Shown here: positions 25,901-39,340 of the stretch, piece after piece
Position numbering within the stretch: the first letter of the stretch is position 1
Layout of the letters: each line of letters starts with the position of its first letter
DNA from: Tubulanus polymorphus
Taxonomy: Eukaryota > Animalia > Nemertea
Assembly (NCBI RefSeq): GCF_964204645.1
Contig: NC_134036.1
Location: forward strand, 2,914,001 to 2,978,000
DNA length: 64,000 nucleotides
Reading direction: 5' to 3'
Notes under the pieces: model-generated
Told to the model about the DNA's origin: nothing
What the model saw: the letters and a program-made list of their open reading frames with translations, nothing else
Database searches by the model: none
Program-made: the position numbers and the translations under genes

Positions 25901-26650
25901 CAGAGCACGTCATTCATGTCCCTCATCCTCTCGGAAATCGCCACCTTTCAGATTTATTTCTTTCAAAAACCGATGGAGGAACCCGAACCGGCTGCCTTAT
26001 CTGAGAAATGCCTTTTCTTTTCTGTCAGGACCCCGGTCTTCCAGTTTTCCTAGATCCGCCCCTGCAAGATGGCTAAGATTATCCGTCCTTCGTTTCCATT
26101 ATCGAATTGATGTAATTGTGTAGGCCAGATGGCTTAAATCCCACGTCCATTGCGTAAACAAGAGAGCTACCTCGATCATCATCTGTATCTCATCCTGAAT
26201 GGTGCCCAACTGATCCATTAGATTTACGTTATAGGCCATTCTCGAAAAGTTGGCTGCCTCCATCAGTATCCTTTTTGGCGATTTCCAAGATGCCCACCCA
26301 TCAAATACAAAAATATGGACTATTCTGGAATCGCCTGCATTTGAGAAATTCTCTTACTTCCAGACACCATCGAATTGACATGAAGCCGATTAGGACTTTT
26401 CCAAAAGACATCGTTAATCCGCCTACGAATAAATAATGGTCATCCCACACCTACTACCCCTTTGAAAAGGAAAGATAGTTCCTTCCACAATTCTTCCATC
26501 ATAAGACCATCAAACATTACATTTTGTACAAATATATTTGGATTTTTTTTCTGTTACTCTCTCATTCTCTAGACGATTGGGGTAGGCACAAAAAATCGTA
26601 AAGATCTGGTGATGTTACTGGCCGATAGTTCCGACGATGAATTATTCTAA
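22965..26650 (+). CDS. Type I membrane protein with a large S/T/N/A/E-rich disordered ectodomain, ARMH4 (C14orf37)-like. Exons 22965-25065, 25193-25233, 25515-25724, 26573-26650 (~810 aa)
   Basis: Signal peptide MANVGKAMFAVILSMFVASML, many N-x-S/T sites, TM LFPMILAVSAAVVLIIVAYVMV, basic stop-transfer RRIRRVKRRKK, C-terminus KDLVMLLADSSDDELF*. All splice phases are consistent. Confidence 0.85.
25827..26064. mobile_element. hAT-like MITE (caggggtagattta...ctagatccgcccctg) in an intron
   Basis: Imperfect CAGGGG...CCCCTG TIR, with caaga on both flanks. Confidence 0.6.
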
Positions 26651-27570
26651 AGGCAATTCAGAGAATGAAAATGATGAGAACAAAAGAGATACAGTAGAAT
26701 TCAACGAAACGTCTGAGTTGTGCAGAGTCTCATGGCGTTGTGAAACTAATATTCTCTAAATGTAAAATCTAATTATTATGTACTATGTATTTATTCTATA
26801 CTAAGCTATGTATTGTGTGTATATCGTAGTTTCAATTAAGAAAAATTGTAGTTTTAGAAAGCAATATACCATGTCTGTCCTTTGATTGATTTTTCTACTT
26901 TTTTAAAGTCTAGTTATTTTTATTTCACGTGGTTTAATGGTTTTGTTGCCTACATGTTTAAAACATTTTTGTATGAATTATGTTACTGATATTACATACG
27001 CGGGAATTCGTGCAGATGCATTTTTTACCAGGAAATCAACTCGTTAACAAACACGGCAAACAGAGGATCTATATGAGGCTGATAAGGTTCATACAGAAGT
27101 AAATCGTTTAAATCGCGATTTCCTCCCATCAAATCAGGTGTGTATGGTTAACATTTAAGTTGAGAAATCTTTAACTTTGGTTCACATCGAACCATATGTT
27201 TTTGTTCATGCGGGCCTAACCATAGCCTGTCGTTCGATAAACTTCAGCGTCAAAGATTCGGTGGTAATATTTACCATGATAGATTTGTGTTGAATCTTGG
27301 CTCAGTTTTACCGAATGTTTTCTATTTGTTTATACGGTTCATTCAGTTTCAAATTGAATTCCGCCTTTACAAACCGATATTTCAGGCGGGCTTGTGAAGG
27401 CATATTGGTCTGTGTACGTAAAAAATCTTAATGTTCATTCAGTTAGGTTATAATAATTACAAGAAACTTGATAAATTTCATAAAAGAGTCTTTGCCACTG
27501 GAAAACATCATTTCGAAAGAACTGCAATATAAAGCACACGTATATGTAAACTCTGTTTCTATTTGGAAGG

Positions 27571-30094
<2,524 letters not shown>

Positions 30095-30450
30095 TACGTG
30101 CCCTCCAAAATTTCATAAAGCCATCAGTTTGAATAACATTGTATCACTTTATTTCCTTTTAATATTGTTCGATTTAGTTTTAACCTTTGAAAGATTAAGA
30201 TTATCGCCTTTTGATTTCAGGCCACAATGATTGATCGATTAAGGCTTCGGCCTATATTTCTTCGACTGTCTTATCAAATCCTCAGTATATTACTTTAAAA
30301 CAATACTAAAAAGTTTGTAGCCTTAAACTTCTGATCTAAAGTGCTTAACTTTTCAATGTTTTGACAAGAAATACATCAGCTCTAACTTCGCTTTGAAATA
30401 AGAAAATGTTACCCGAGCATTAAACGAAATGAATTGACACAAAAATCTTC

Positions 30451-31629
30451 CTATGTTTCTATCTTTCTCAATACCAAGTGGAATATCGTTTTTCCAAAGA
30501 AGGCATCACGGGTGTAGATGGACGGCCGAAACGGTACCTCTTTGTATTCGTGCGATATATTACGAATGGCCAGTCCCGCCACCTGGCGGATTATTCCGGT
30601 AATGAACACGTCGTCGATCCAGAATAATGGCACGGTGCGCTGCGCCACTTCGTTCAAACGTAGCAACGTATCGATATGTAAAACGTAGCCATAACCGAAA
30701 CAGTAGTCTGGGTAAAACTCGCCCGAATATTCTTGTGACGTGACGAACCATTTTTGAAATTTTTCGCGCATCGGTATGTTATTGGTAGGCACGTGACAGG
30801 TTAAACCCGGCGGCCCCGAGTTCGAACCCGTTGATTGAGGAGAAAAATATGTCGGTATTTTTTCCAATAACCGAGGCACGTTCAAATACACGTCATCGTC
30901 CAGTTTGACTATATACTCCACCTGGTGGCAATATTTTTCGACCCAACTCATGGCGGTGAGCGCTTTCAAGGTCATGTTGCGGTAGGAATCGACGAATGAA
31001 GCCTGAACGATGTCACCGTGCCCGCTAATCTCCTCGCGTAACCAACGTTTGTTTCGGTTTTCCATAGCAGCGCTCCACCGTGCCGGTAAAAATGACCAAC
31101 GAGGGTGGCGCCGTCTATCGACACCGATGAAAAATATGATCCTAAAACGGAACCGTCGCTGATTGTCCAGGCTTCCCCAACTATTCCGTATCAATTTCCT
31201 TTTTTTCCAATTTACGACAGCTGTGTGAATATACACCAGAAAGTTCAAATCTCTACCGTAAGTCGCGCTACTGCATATATCATTCGCGGCCATATTTCCA
31301 AGCAGCGAAATACACACGTTGTTTCCTTGTCCGTCACCAGGGGGCGACTCTGTCGTCTTAGCCAAATTCACCCGTACCAAACAGTTTTCCTCTTCAGCGT
31401 TGCGTAAGGACCGCCGGTCGTTTTTTTCGCCAGTGTTTATGTTAAGGAGATTGTCATTTTTTGTCAGACTCAGCGCAGTGAATAGCAACGAAACGGCGAC
31501 CGTCGCGCAGAGCAATAGACGCCGATAACGCGCCGGTAGGTGGCGTGCTACCTGATGTAAGTGCACTTTCGCCTTTTTGCAGATTGCAGCAAAACGTGAT
31601 TGCAATGTAATCAGTTTATTGTAGGGCAT
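30451..31629 (-). CDS. GT31 beta-1,3-galactosyltransferase-like, paralog 1 (intronless, 392 aa)
   Basis: Type II TM, then R..IR.SWG, DIVQASFVDSYRNMTLK, KLDDDV, YPDYCFG.GY, FWIDDVFITG. Confidence 0.93.
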   Translation of the reverse strand: MPYNKLITLQSRFAAICKKAKVHLHQVARHLPARYRRLLLCATVAVSLLFTALSLTKNDNLLNINTGEKNDRRSLRNAEEENCLVRVNLAKTTESPPGDGQGNNVCISLLGNMAANDICSSATYGRDLNFLVYIHTAVVNWKKRKLIRNSWGSLDNQRRFRFRIIFFIGVDRRRHPRWSFLPARWSAAMENRNKRWLREEISGHGDIVQASFVDSYRNMTLKALTAMSWVEKYCHQVEYIVKLDDDVYLNVPRLLEKIPTYFSPQSTGSNSGPPGLTCHVPTNNIPMREKFQKWFVTSQEYSGEFYPDYCFGYGYVLHIDTLLRLNEVAQRTVPLFWIDDVFITGIIRQVAGLAIRNISHEYKEVPFRPSIYTRDAFFGKTIFHLVLRKIET

Positions 31630-32846
31630 TTCTTGGTCTATCGTTCTTTCAATATCATTACCTAAAGAGGGTCAGAATAGATCCTCGAATAACTGGCACT
31701 CAAAAAGGAAAAGTATCTTGTTCGATGGGTATTCCAACTCGGAAGTTGATTATCCGTTTAATTTACAGAAAATTCATTGAACCACTGCCTGTGACTCACT
31801 GTGGGCGTGACGGAATCAATTCTTGGACTGTTGCAGTAGGGTTACCATCCGTAGATCATTTCCATAATTCCCCTCGCAACACAGCACACAGTAAAAACAT
31901 TTTTTGCTCGTTTTATTCGATTTTTAAAATAAATCGCTATGAAATTTGATTGTAATTTTCGGCAATTGACTTATCGCGGTAGCTCTTACTGTACGGTCAC
32001 CGTGGTAACTATAATCCTTGATAAACACAATATAATCCGTGTTCTTGTCTGTTCATAACATTTCATTTATCGATTAAGACATATCAGTGAAATCCCTTCA
32101 TATCCTCCATTTTGAGTTGCGTCATTGAACAGTCATTCGTGATTCATTTATTCTCAGTTCATATGTCATACATGCTGTACATTCACATTGCGTCTGGGAA
32201 CTTATGTGCTAAGTCATGATAAGCCTATATTCCATGCAAGTCCCATATAACCATCCGATCGACTTATCAGTTTTTTGACACGATACCGGTGTCGTCGGTG
32301 GCCTTTGTGTGAATACACGTAGTAATAAAGTTCACTATAGGTCGATCAAGACATGACTATTGTCGAGTCGAATCAAAAATACATCGCATTTCTGATCGAA
32401 GATTCGCGTACCCTCTCGACTCTAAATCAACTGGCAAAATTGTACGATATGTTACGAACGATGATATCGTTTCTATCTCTCTTTGTGCATAGACTTTTAA
32501 AACCTGATGATATTTACCTACTCCGCATATATCACGCGTTTTGCAATTTAGATTATTTCGATTCATTTAAAACAAATATTTACACGAAATTGTAATTACT
32601 TTGCAATGCGAGAACGGGTCCAAAATACGAAACGGCTCACTTATTGTATATGATCTTGGAACAGTACCCTAAATACCCTCTCCTATTCTATGGAGACAAA
32701 TTTTGTGCCTTGTAACAATACCCTCCTTCCCTGAATCATATTCTTCCGTTTCTTTATTTTTTTTCAATTATCTAAATGAAATTATATAAAATTGTAATAA
32801 CTTTGCAGCATGAGAACGGTTTTAAATTGCTCACTTTTTAGCGACG

Positions 32847-33320
32847 ACTTCAACGATTCAGTAAAATTATGATTAGTCACTAATGACGACCTTCTCATCG
32901 TCGATAACTTCAAAGATTCAGTAAAATTATGATTAGTTACCAATGATGACCTTCTCATTCTCAATAACTTCAACGATTCGGTAAAATTATGATAAGTTAC
33001 TGATGACGAACTTCTCATTCTCGATAACTTCAACGATTCAGTAAAATTATGATTAGTTACTAATGACGACCTTCTCATTCTCGATAACTTCAACGATTCA
33101 GTAAAATTATGATTAGTTACAAAATGACAACCTTCTCATTCTCGATAACTTCAACGATTCAGTAAGATATGATTAGTTACTAATGACGACCTTCTCATTC
33201 TCAATAACTTCAACGAATCAGTAAAATTTTGACTAGTTACGAATAACGTCCTTCTCAATCTCACCAACTTCAATGATTCAGTAAGATTATGATTATTTAC
33301 TAATGATGACCTTCTCATTT
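32847..33320. repeat. 60-bp minisatellite, ~8 copies
   Basis: Unit aacttcaacgattcagtaaaattatgattagttactaatgacgaccttctcattctcgat. Confidence 0.97.
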
Positions 33321-34056
33321 TGAATTACCTTTTCCGTGGCAATTTTGTCAATACCGAACTGTGATGGTTTTCGATAAATCCGCGTGGTGTCACTTCTGTC
33401 GATGATGCACTTTGACTTATGTGGAGATAACATATTTTCATCTATATGTATATAAATGGCACCACAATTTGTAATCGAAAATTTTTAAAATCGAATCCTC
33501 ATTTTATCTGGTTTGAAATGGAGCAATAGACACCCCCTCCCAAATTCCAGTACACCTATTCTACCAGTATATGGGTGTTAACATTTACTTGATTACCACA
33601 TAATTTTTAATTCTATGTTGATGGAGTTTAGATTAACTCCGAAACTTTCAGACAATAAACTTTTTGATAACTTTTTCGTTTGTATATTATACAAATATAT
33701 AGCATAAAATATTTATATAAGGCAATACAAGGCAGAACGACGAATGGCACAGACGGTCAAAAAAGCTATTTGAAATATTTTCGTATCCGAAATACAATCT
33801 GTTATGTAAATGTTAATCTTTTATTCAACCCACCGGGATGACGCGAATGGGAATGAACTTCAGTTGTATTGACTTAAATTACAGAGCAATTTAAAAGCGT
33901 ATCTATTGAAGAAAGACCCATAAACTAATATCTGTTATAAAACTAGTAGTAAGAGCTACCAAAAAATGTTCAGCATGCAAAATAATACAGTTTGAGCAAG
34001 TTTCTATCGCCTGGAAGTCATATGTTATCAAACTTGATATCTATATGAATATATAC

Positions 34057-34760
34057 TTTTAGCCCACTTGGGACTTTAGTCCCAGCGGGCTTTTGCATTC
34101 ACTTTTCGTCCATCGTCCGTCCGTTCGTCCGTTTGTAGACGGAATCCAGTTATTTTGGGAAGTTTTGAAGACGCTTCAAGGTAATAGCCGCGATCACACG
34201 AAAATTTTTGGCCCGGGCTCAATTTGGCAATTTCACAGGGGTGCCAAATTGGCCCGAGCCTGTTTGACCCGTGCAAATTTGGCCCGGGCCAAATCGTCTC
34301 CGTGTGATCGCGGCTCGGCTATAGTCTTGATATTTGGTTTATACGTGTATCTACCCTAGACACATCTTCAGCCCAAAAACTGGCCCTGCCAGATTCAAGA
34401 TGGCCGACTGGCAGTCACCATTCTTGTTCGCCAAAATCAGCACTTTTTACACGTTTTCAAAGTTTTGGAGGGAAATTTTAAAGACGCTTTTATCAATTAC
34501 CTTGATCGTGCGTATATATTTGTATCTCCGAAAGGCCCATCAGCGTGAGAAAATTAGGGTCGATCGAAATCAAGATGGCCGTCCTGTGACCTTTCTGTGC
34601 CCAAAAATGTCAATTTTGGCCCGAATTTTGAGTCCTGTAGATTGGATGGAGCGTTGAATACTGAAATTGTTAGATTGTTGAGCATCTCAAACCAGAGGAC
34701 CCAACAACAGAAGGTAATCCTAGATCTCAAAATCACCCGTTTTTAAGAAAACCGTTAGAC
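34057..34760 (+). mobile_element. Non-autonomous Helentron/DINE-like (HINE) element; 3' end uncertain
   Basis: TTTT then a subterminal hairpin AGCCCacTTGGGACT-TT-AGTCCCAgcGGGCT, a (CGTC)n microsatellite, and internal repeats carrying caagatggccg. This is the typical HINE layout. Confidence 0.7.
34186..34315. mobile_element. 130-bp PIF/Harbinger-like MITE nested in the HINE
   Basis: Perfect 15-bp TIR AGCCGCGATCACACG...CGTGTGATCGCGGCT with internal ttggcccg(g/a)gc repeats. Confidence 0.8.
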
Positions 34761-35014
34761 GGAGATATTTTCATGATTTGGATGTGAATGATTTTTGTTT
34801 AAAACAAGAGCTTTTTTCACTTGGATGATAATATCAGTGTTGATGGGATGTGTGCCGAATGCAACGATATCGTGTCAGCTGCTCTTGACAACCTATAGTA
34901 CCGCTTAGAGAAAGGAGCTATTTCATCGCCTTAAAGTGTGTTTTCCCCTGACCGAAGAACGGAGAAAAGTTCGCAAACTGGAACGCAAGTGGTGATATTC
35001 ATCGCTAATGATAA

Positions 35015-35150
35015 AACACTATGGATCCGTGTTGAATTGATGTAGAGGGAATCCCACAATGATAACGAAAAAACAGTCCGAAAATGTTTCCTAGAATTCG
35101 TAAGTTATTCAACGTTTCGACTCTATCCTAATAGTCATCTCCAGGAATAC
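35015..35150 (-). mobile_element. Penelope-type pLTR fragment with a mutated hammerhead (35106-35149)
   Basis: Reverse complement TATTC-CTGGAGA-T-GACT..AGTC-GAA-ACGT-T-GAATA, followed by cattttcggact...gtgggatt...caacacgg. Confidence 0.7.
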
Positions 35151-35261
35151 TGGGTTGCGACAGAGATTATGAAATATATTTACAATCCATAAAGAAAGAG
35201 ACTAATCTAAGTAATCAGTGATGATAGAAACTAGAGGAAAATTAACGTAGAAACAGTAACG

Positions 35262-35830
35262 TAGAATATAATAGAATAGAATATATTTTATTGCTCACAA
35301 AAGTACATTTGCTTAGAGCAAAAAAGACAATACAGAATAGAATAGAATATGTTTTATTGCTCGACAAAGTACAATTGCTTAGAGCACAAAAACAAAATCA
35401 CAATCTATAACAATTACAATAATTAATGCGGTCAATTAACAGGTAATTAACATACATAGACGCACATACACATACATCAAAATCAAAAACATACAATAAC
35501 ATATACAAAAATGGTTAGAGAAATTTAGAAGCAGTTTTGATAAATTTGGTGAGTTGATTAAGCTGTTTCCCTTTAGTTTTCATTAGTTGGGTAAATTTGT
35601 AAACGCTTGGTCTAGTTCTGAAATATGGTTTTAAACATTTAGTGCTGATGTTTCGGAAAAAAGGGCATTTAATGACGTGATGAAATTCGTCCCAACATCT
35701 TCAGTGTCACTGAGACTACAAATTCTTTCCTCCCTGGGGGTTCGATTGTATCTTCCGGTTTCTATGGGTAATTTGTGGTTTGAGCAAAATTATGGCAGAA
35801 ATTTATTCTTAGGTCCGATATACAACATGT
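35262..35830 (-). mobile_element. 3' fragment of a non-LTR retrotransposon ORF2 with 3' UTR and (TTCTA)n tail, frameshifted
   Basis: Reverse strand translates CSNHKLPIETGRYNRTPREERIC...VG/DEFHHVIKCPFF...KFTQLM...LTKFIK*. AATAAA and the tail are tandemly duplicated at 35270-35390. Confidence 0.85.
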
Positions 35831-35967
35831 TATACGTACAGTATCAGAAACACGATTCTGTTTTTTATTTTGGATAGATGGTAACCAAGGCTAATATCTA
35901 TCCAAGGTTACAATTTCTTCGCTTTGATATAAGAACATATTACTCAAACAATAAACGATAAATTATC

Positions 35968-37140
35968 CTATATTTCTGTTGTTCTGTGTACCAAGTTGAA
36001 TATGGTTTTTTCATAGTAGGCGCTACCAGTGTAGATGGACGGTCGAAACGATACTACTTTGTATTCGTCCGATATATTACGAATGGCCAGTCCCGCCACC
36101 TGGCGGATTATTCCGGTAATGAACACGTCGTCGATCCAGAATGTTGGCACGGTGCGAAGAGCCACTTCGTTCAAAAGTAGCAACGTATCGATATGTAAAA
36201 CGTAGGCATAACCGTAGCAGTACTCCGGATAAAACTCGCCCGAATATTCTTGTGGCGTGACGAACCATTTCAGAGATCTATCGCGCATCGCTATGTTTTT
36301 CGAAGCCACGCTACAGGTTAATCCCAGCGGCCCCGGGTTCGAATCCGTTGATTTAGGTGAAAAATATGTCGGTATTTTTTCCAATAATCGAGGCACGTTC
36401 AAGTGTACGTCATCGTCTAGTTTGACTATATACTCCACCTGGCGGCAGTATTTTCTGATCCAGTTCATGGCTGTGAGCGCTTTCAAGGTCATGTTGCGGT
36501 AGGAATCGACGAACGAAGCCTGAACGATGTCACCATGCTCGGTAATCTCCTCGCGTAACAAACGTTTGTTTCGGTGTTCCATAGCAGCGCTCCACCGTGC
36601 CGGTAAAAATGACCAACGAGTCTTTCTATCGACACCGATAAAAAATACGACCCTAAAACGGAACCGTCGCTGATTGGCCAGGCTTCCCCAATTTTTTCGT
36701 ATAAATTTCCTTTTTCTCCAATTTACGACAGCTGTGTGAATATACACCAGAAAGTTCAATTTTCTACCGTTGGTGGCGCCACTGCATATATCCTTCTCGG
36801 CCACATTTTCAAGTAGTGTAATGCATGTGTTATATTCTTGCCCGTTACCAGGGGGCGACTCTGTCGTCTTGGCCAAATTAACCCGTACTAAACAGTCTTC
36901 CTGTGCAGCGTTGCGTAAGGGCTGATGACCAATTTTTACGCCAGTGCTATTGGGGTCGTCAAGGAAGTCGTAATTTTTTGTCAGATACATTTCAATGACA
37001 AGCAACGAAACGACCACCGTCGCACAAATCGATAGAAACCGATGACGCGCCGGTAGGTAGCGTGTTACGTAATGTAAATGCACTCCCGCCGTCTTGCTGA
37101 TTGCAGCAAAACGTGATGTAATCGGTTTATCGTGCAACAT
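35968..37140 (-). CDS. GT31 beta-1,3-galactosyltransferase-like, paralog 2 (intronless, 390 aa)
   Basis: Same motifs as paralog 1 and colinear end to end. Upstream flanks are also duplicated (31630-31770 ~ 37140-37265; 33345-33580 ~ 37820-38210). Confidence 0.93.
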   Translation of the reverse strand: MLHDKPITSRFAAISKTAGVHLHYVTRYLPARHRFLSICATVVVSLLVIEMYLTKNYDFLDDPNSTGVKIGHQPLRNAAQEDCLVRVNLAKTTESPPGNGQEYNTCITLLENVAEKDICSGATNGRKLNFLVYIHTAVVNWRKRKFIRKNWGSLANQRRFRFRVVFFIGVDRKTRWSFLPARWSAAMEHRNKRLLREEITEHGDIVQASFVDSYRNMTLKALTAMNWIRKYCRQVEYIVKLDDDVHLNVPRLLEKIPTYFSPKSTDSNPGPLGLTCSVASKNIAMRDRSLKWFVTPQEYSGEFYPEYCYGYAYVLHIDTLLLLNEVALRTVPTFWIDDVFITGIIRQVAGLAIRNISDEYKVVSFRPSIYTGSAYYEKTIFNLVHRTTEI

Positions 37141-39209
37141 ATCTTACTGTGTCGTTCTTATACGATATCTTTACCTAAAGAGGGTCAGAATAGATCCTCG
37201 ATTAACCGCCACTCAACAAGGACAAGTATTTTGTTTGATTGGTGTCCCAACTTTTCATTTACAGAATGCGCGTTAAACACGTTAACTTTGAACGCTCACC
37301 TCAGACGTCTCTCACTATGGGTGTGGCTGTTACATTCTTTACTGCTTATACTGTTGGACTGTCTCAATGTACACGACAACCGCGATACTATAATCCCCGA
37401 GAGTGCCATAATCCATTTTCGAGTCTGTTCGTAATTTCGATTGAGAATATTTGAGTCGAATTCCTTTGTTACCTTCCCCCTTTTTTCGGTAGATAGTTGC
37501 AAGTGTCACTTCATCGAATAGTCATTCATATATTCTTAGTATTATACACAGTGTAGTTTCTTATATATGCCCCTGATAAGCAATGAAGTCGGCATAAACC
37601 TATATACGAGCTACTGCGGTCCCCAATTACCGGCTTATCTGTTTTTTTACACAATGCCTATGCGTCACCAGTTGTGTTTTTGCGTTGCTATAGTAGTATG
37701 TAGCTCAATATCGACCGAGATATCATGACTGTTCAGTCGACATAAAATCGTTTTTCAACGAGTTGAGGAGACACCTGCCGGGAATTTTGACACTGTTTTA
37801 TTATTAGCATGATGCAGTTTTTGTCGATACACTGAACTGTGATGATTTTCGATAAATCCGCATAGTGTCGCTGCCGTCGATCGGTGATGCACGTTTAGCG
37901 TCGAGTTTGTGGCGCGTCGGAGATTTCACATTTTCATTATTACCGGAAATAAACGCACGCGCTACATTTCGATATTGCAAAGATGGAATTTTTTCATCAA
38001 TTTAGGATGCGATGAATTTTTTTTGTATTTCATCAAATAACGGATTGTACCCCTTAAAAACAGCAGGTAGGTAAGTGATGTTATAGATATATAGATCACC
38101 TCAATTTCGTAATCGAAGAACTTCCAATCCTCATTCTACCTCGATGAAATGGAGCAATTCGTAGATATACATCCTCCCATTCCAATATTTTCTGTCAGTA
38201 ATACGGGTGTCTTGAAATTTTCTGTATACAGAATATTATGTTAATAACGGTTACAACAATTTTGAAAATCTAGAATTTTCAAATACAAATGGTATAATTC
38301 TAAATGATTATTGTGTACAGATTGATACGCGAGAATAATTTGACTTTTAGAATTTAGAAAATTCAATTCCATAATTGCAATGCTGTCATTCATGAATTAT
38401 GAACAATTGTTTGCAGCAGCTCTCGCGTACAGATTACCAAAAACGACGATAATATGACATTTCAAAGTTAATATATGCAAAAAAAGTATATAAAGCAATG
38501 AAGTTATTTCAGTCATTATTGGGGTTAGCGATGTGCCGCGCTAATATCGCCATGGGTAAGCTCTAAACTATAAACCTTTATACGGACGTTTCCCAATTCA
38601 TGACAGTGTTAGGTTAATGCCTGATTTTGGGTTAAAAAGAAAAATAAACTCAGTTCTCTCAGTCTCGCTCTCTCTCCTCCCCTATCTCCTCCCCCGCCCT
38701 CCCTCTCTCCCTTCTCTATCTCCCATCGCCCTCCTCTCCCTCTCACCACGCTCGTTTATTTTCGCATATACATTTTTCATGTCCCCATTAACGCACGTAT
38801 AGTATCGATTGATATAGTATTTCCAGACTTATTTCAATAGATTATAAAATGACATATTTATAGTCATCAAGTGAAGTAGTAATTGTTGTTGTAGTTCTTG
38901 TGAAGTGTTGATGTTCTGAAATTCACTCCCCAGATAGCTCTATTCCACGAGCCACGTTCACGCTGTTCTTTTAACTCCTTCTCTACTTAAGTGTCACGCG
39001 TAGGTCGCCCGTCGATCATCTTTTTGGCAATTTCAATCTTTTTTTTATCAATTAGATTTCATAAAATTGTTCTGATAAAAATGAAATCCTGCCTGGTGCA
39101 AATCTGTGTTTGAAAAAAAAATGATAACAAAGATACACCTGCCTGCCTGGATGGTCAACTTGAGCTGGTTGCGAAAGTGGAAAAATCATTTTTAGCCTAA
39201 CCATTGGTA

Positions 39210-39340
39210 AAACATTATATCCGTATTGTGACGATGACATAAAGAAAATCCCACAAGTTAAAACGAAAAGATAAAAAGTCCGAAAATGTTTGCTTGATCT
39301 AGTAGTTTATTCGACGTTTCGACTATATCCGAATATAGTT
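39210..39340 (-). mobile_element. Penelope-type pLTR fragment with only the 3' half of the hammerhead
   Basis: Reverse complement ...actatattcggatatagtc-GAAACGTC-GAATAAA...cattttcggact...gtgggatttt. Same family as 35015-35150. The CUGA half is missing. Confidence 0.6.

Noticed and set aside
32782-33093. 103-aa repetitive ORF
   Set aside because: Translation of the 60-bp minisatellite.
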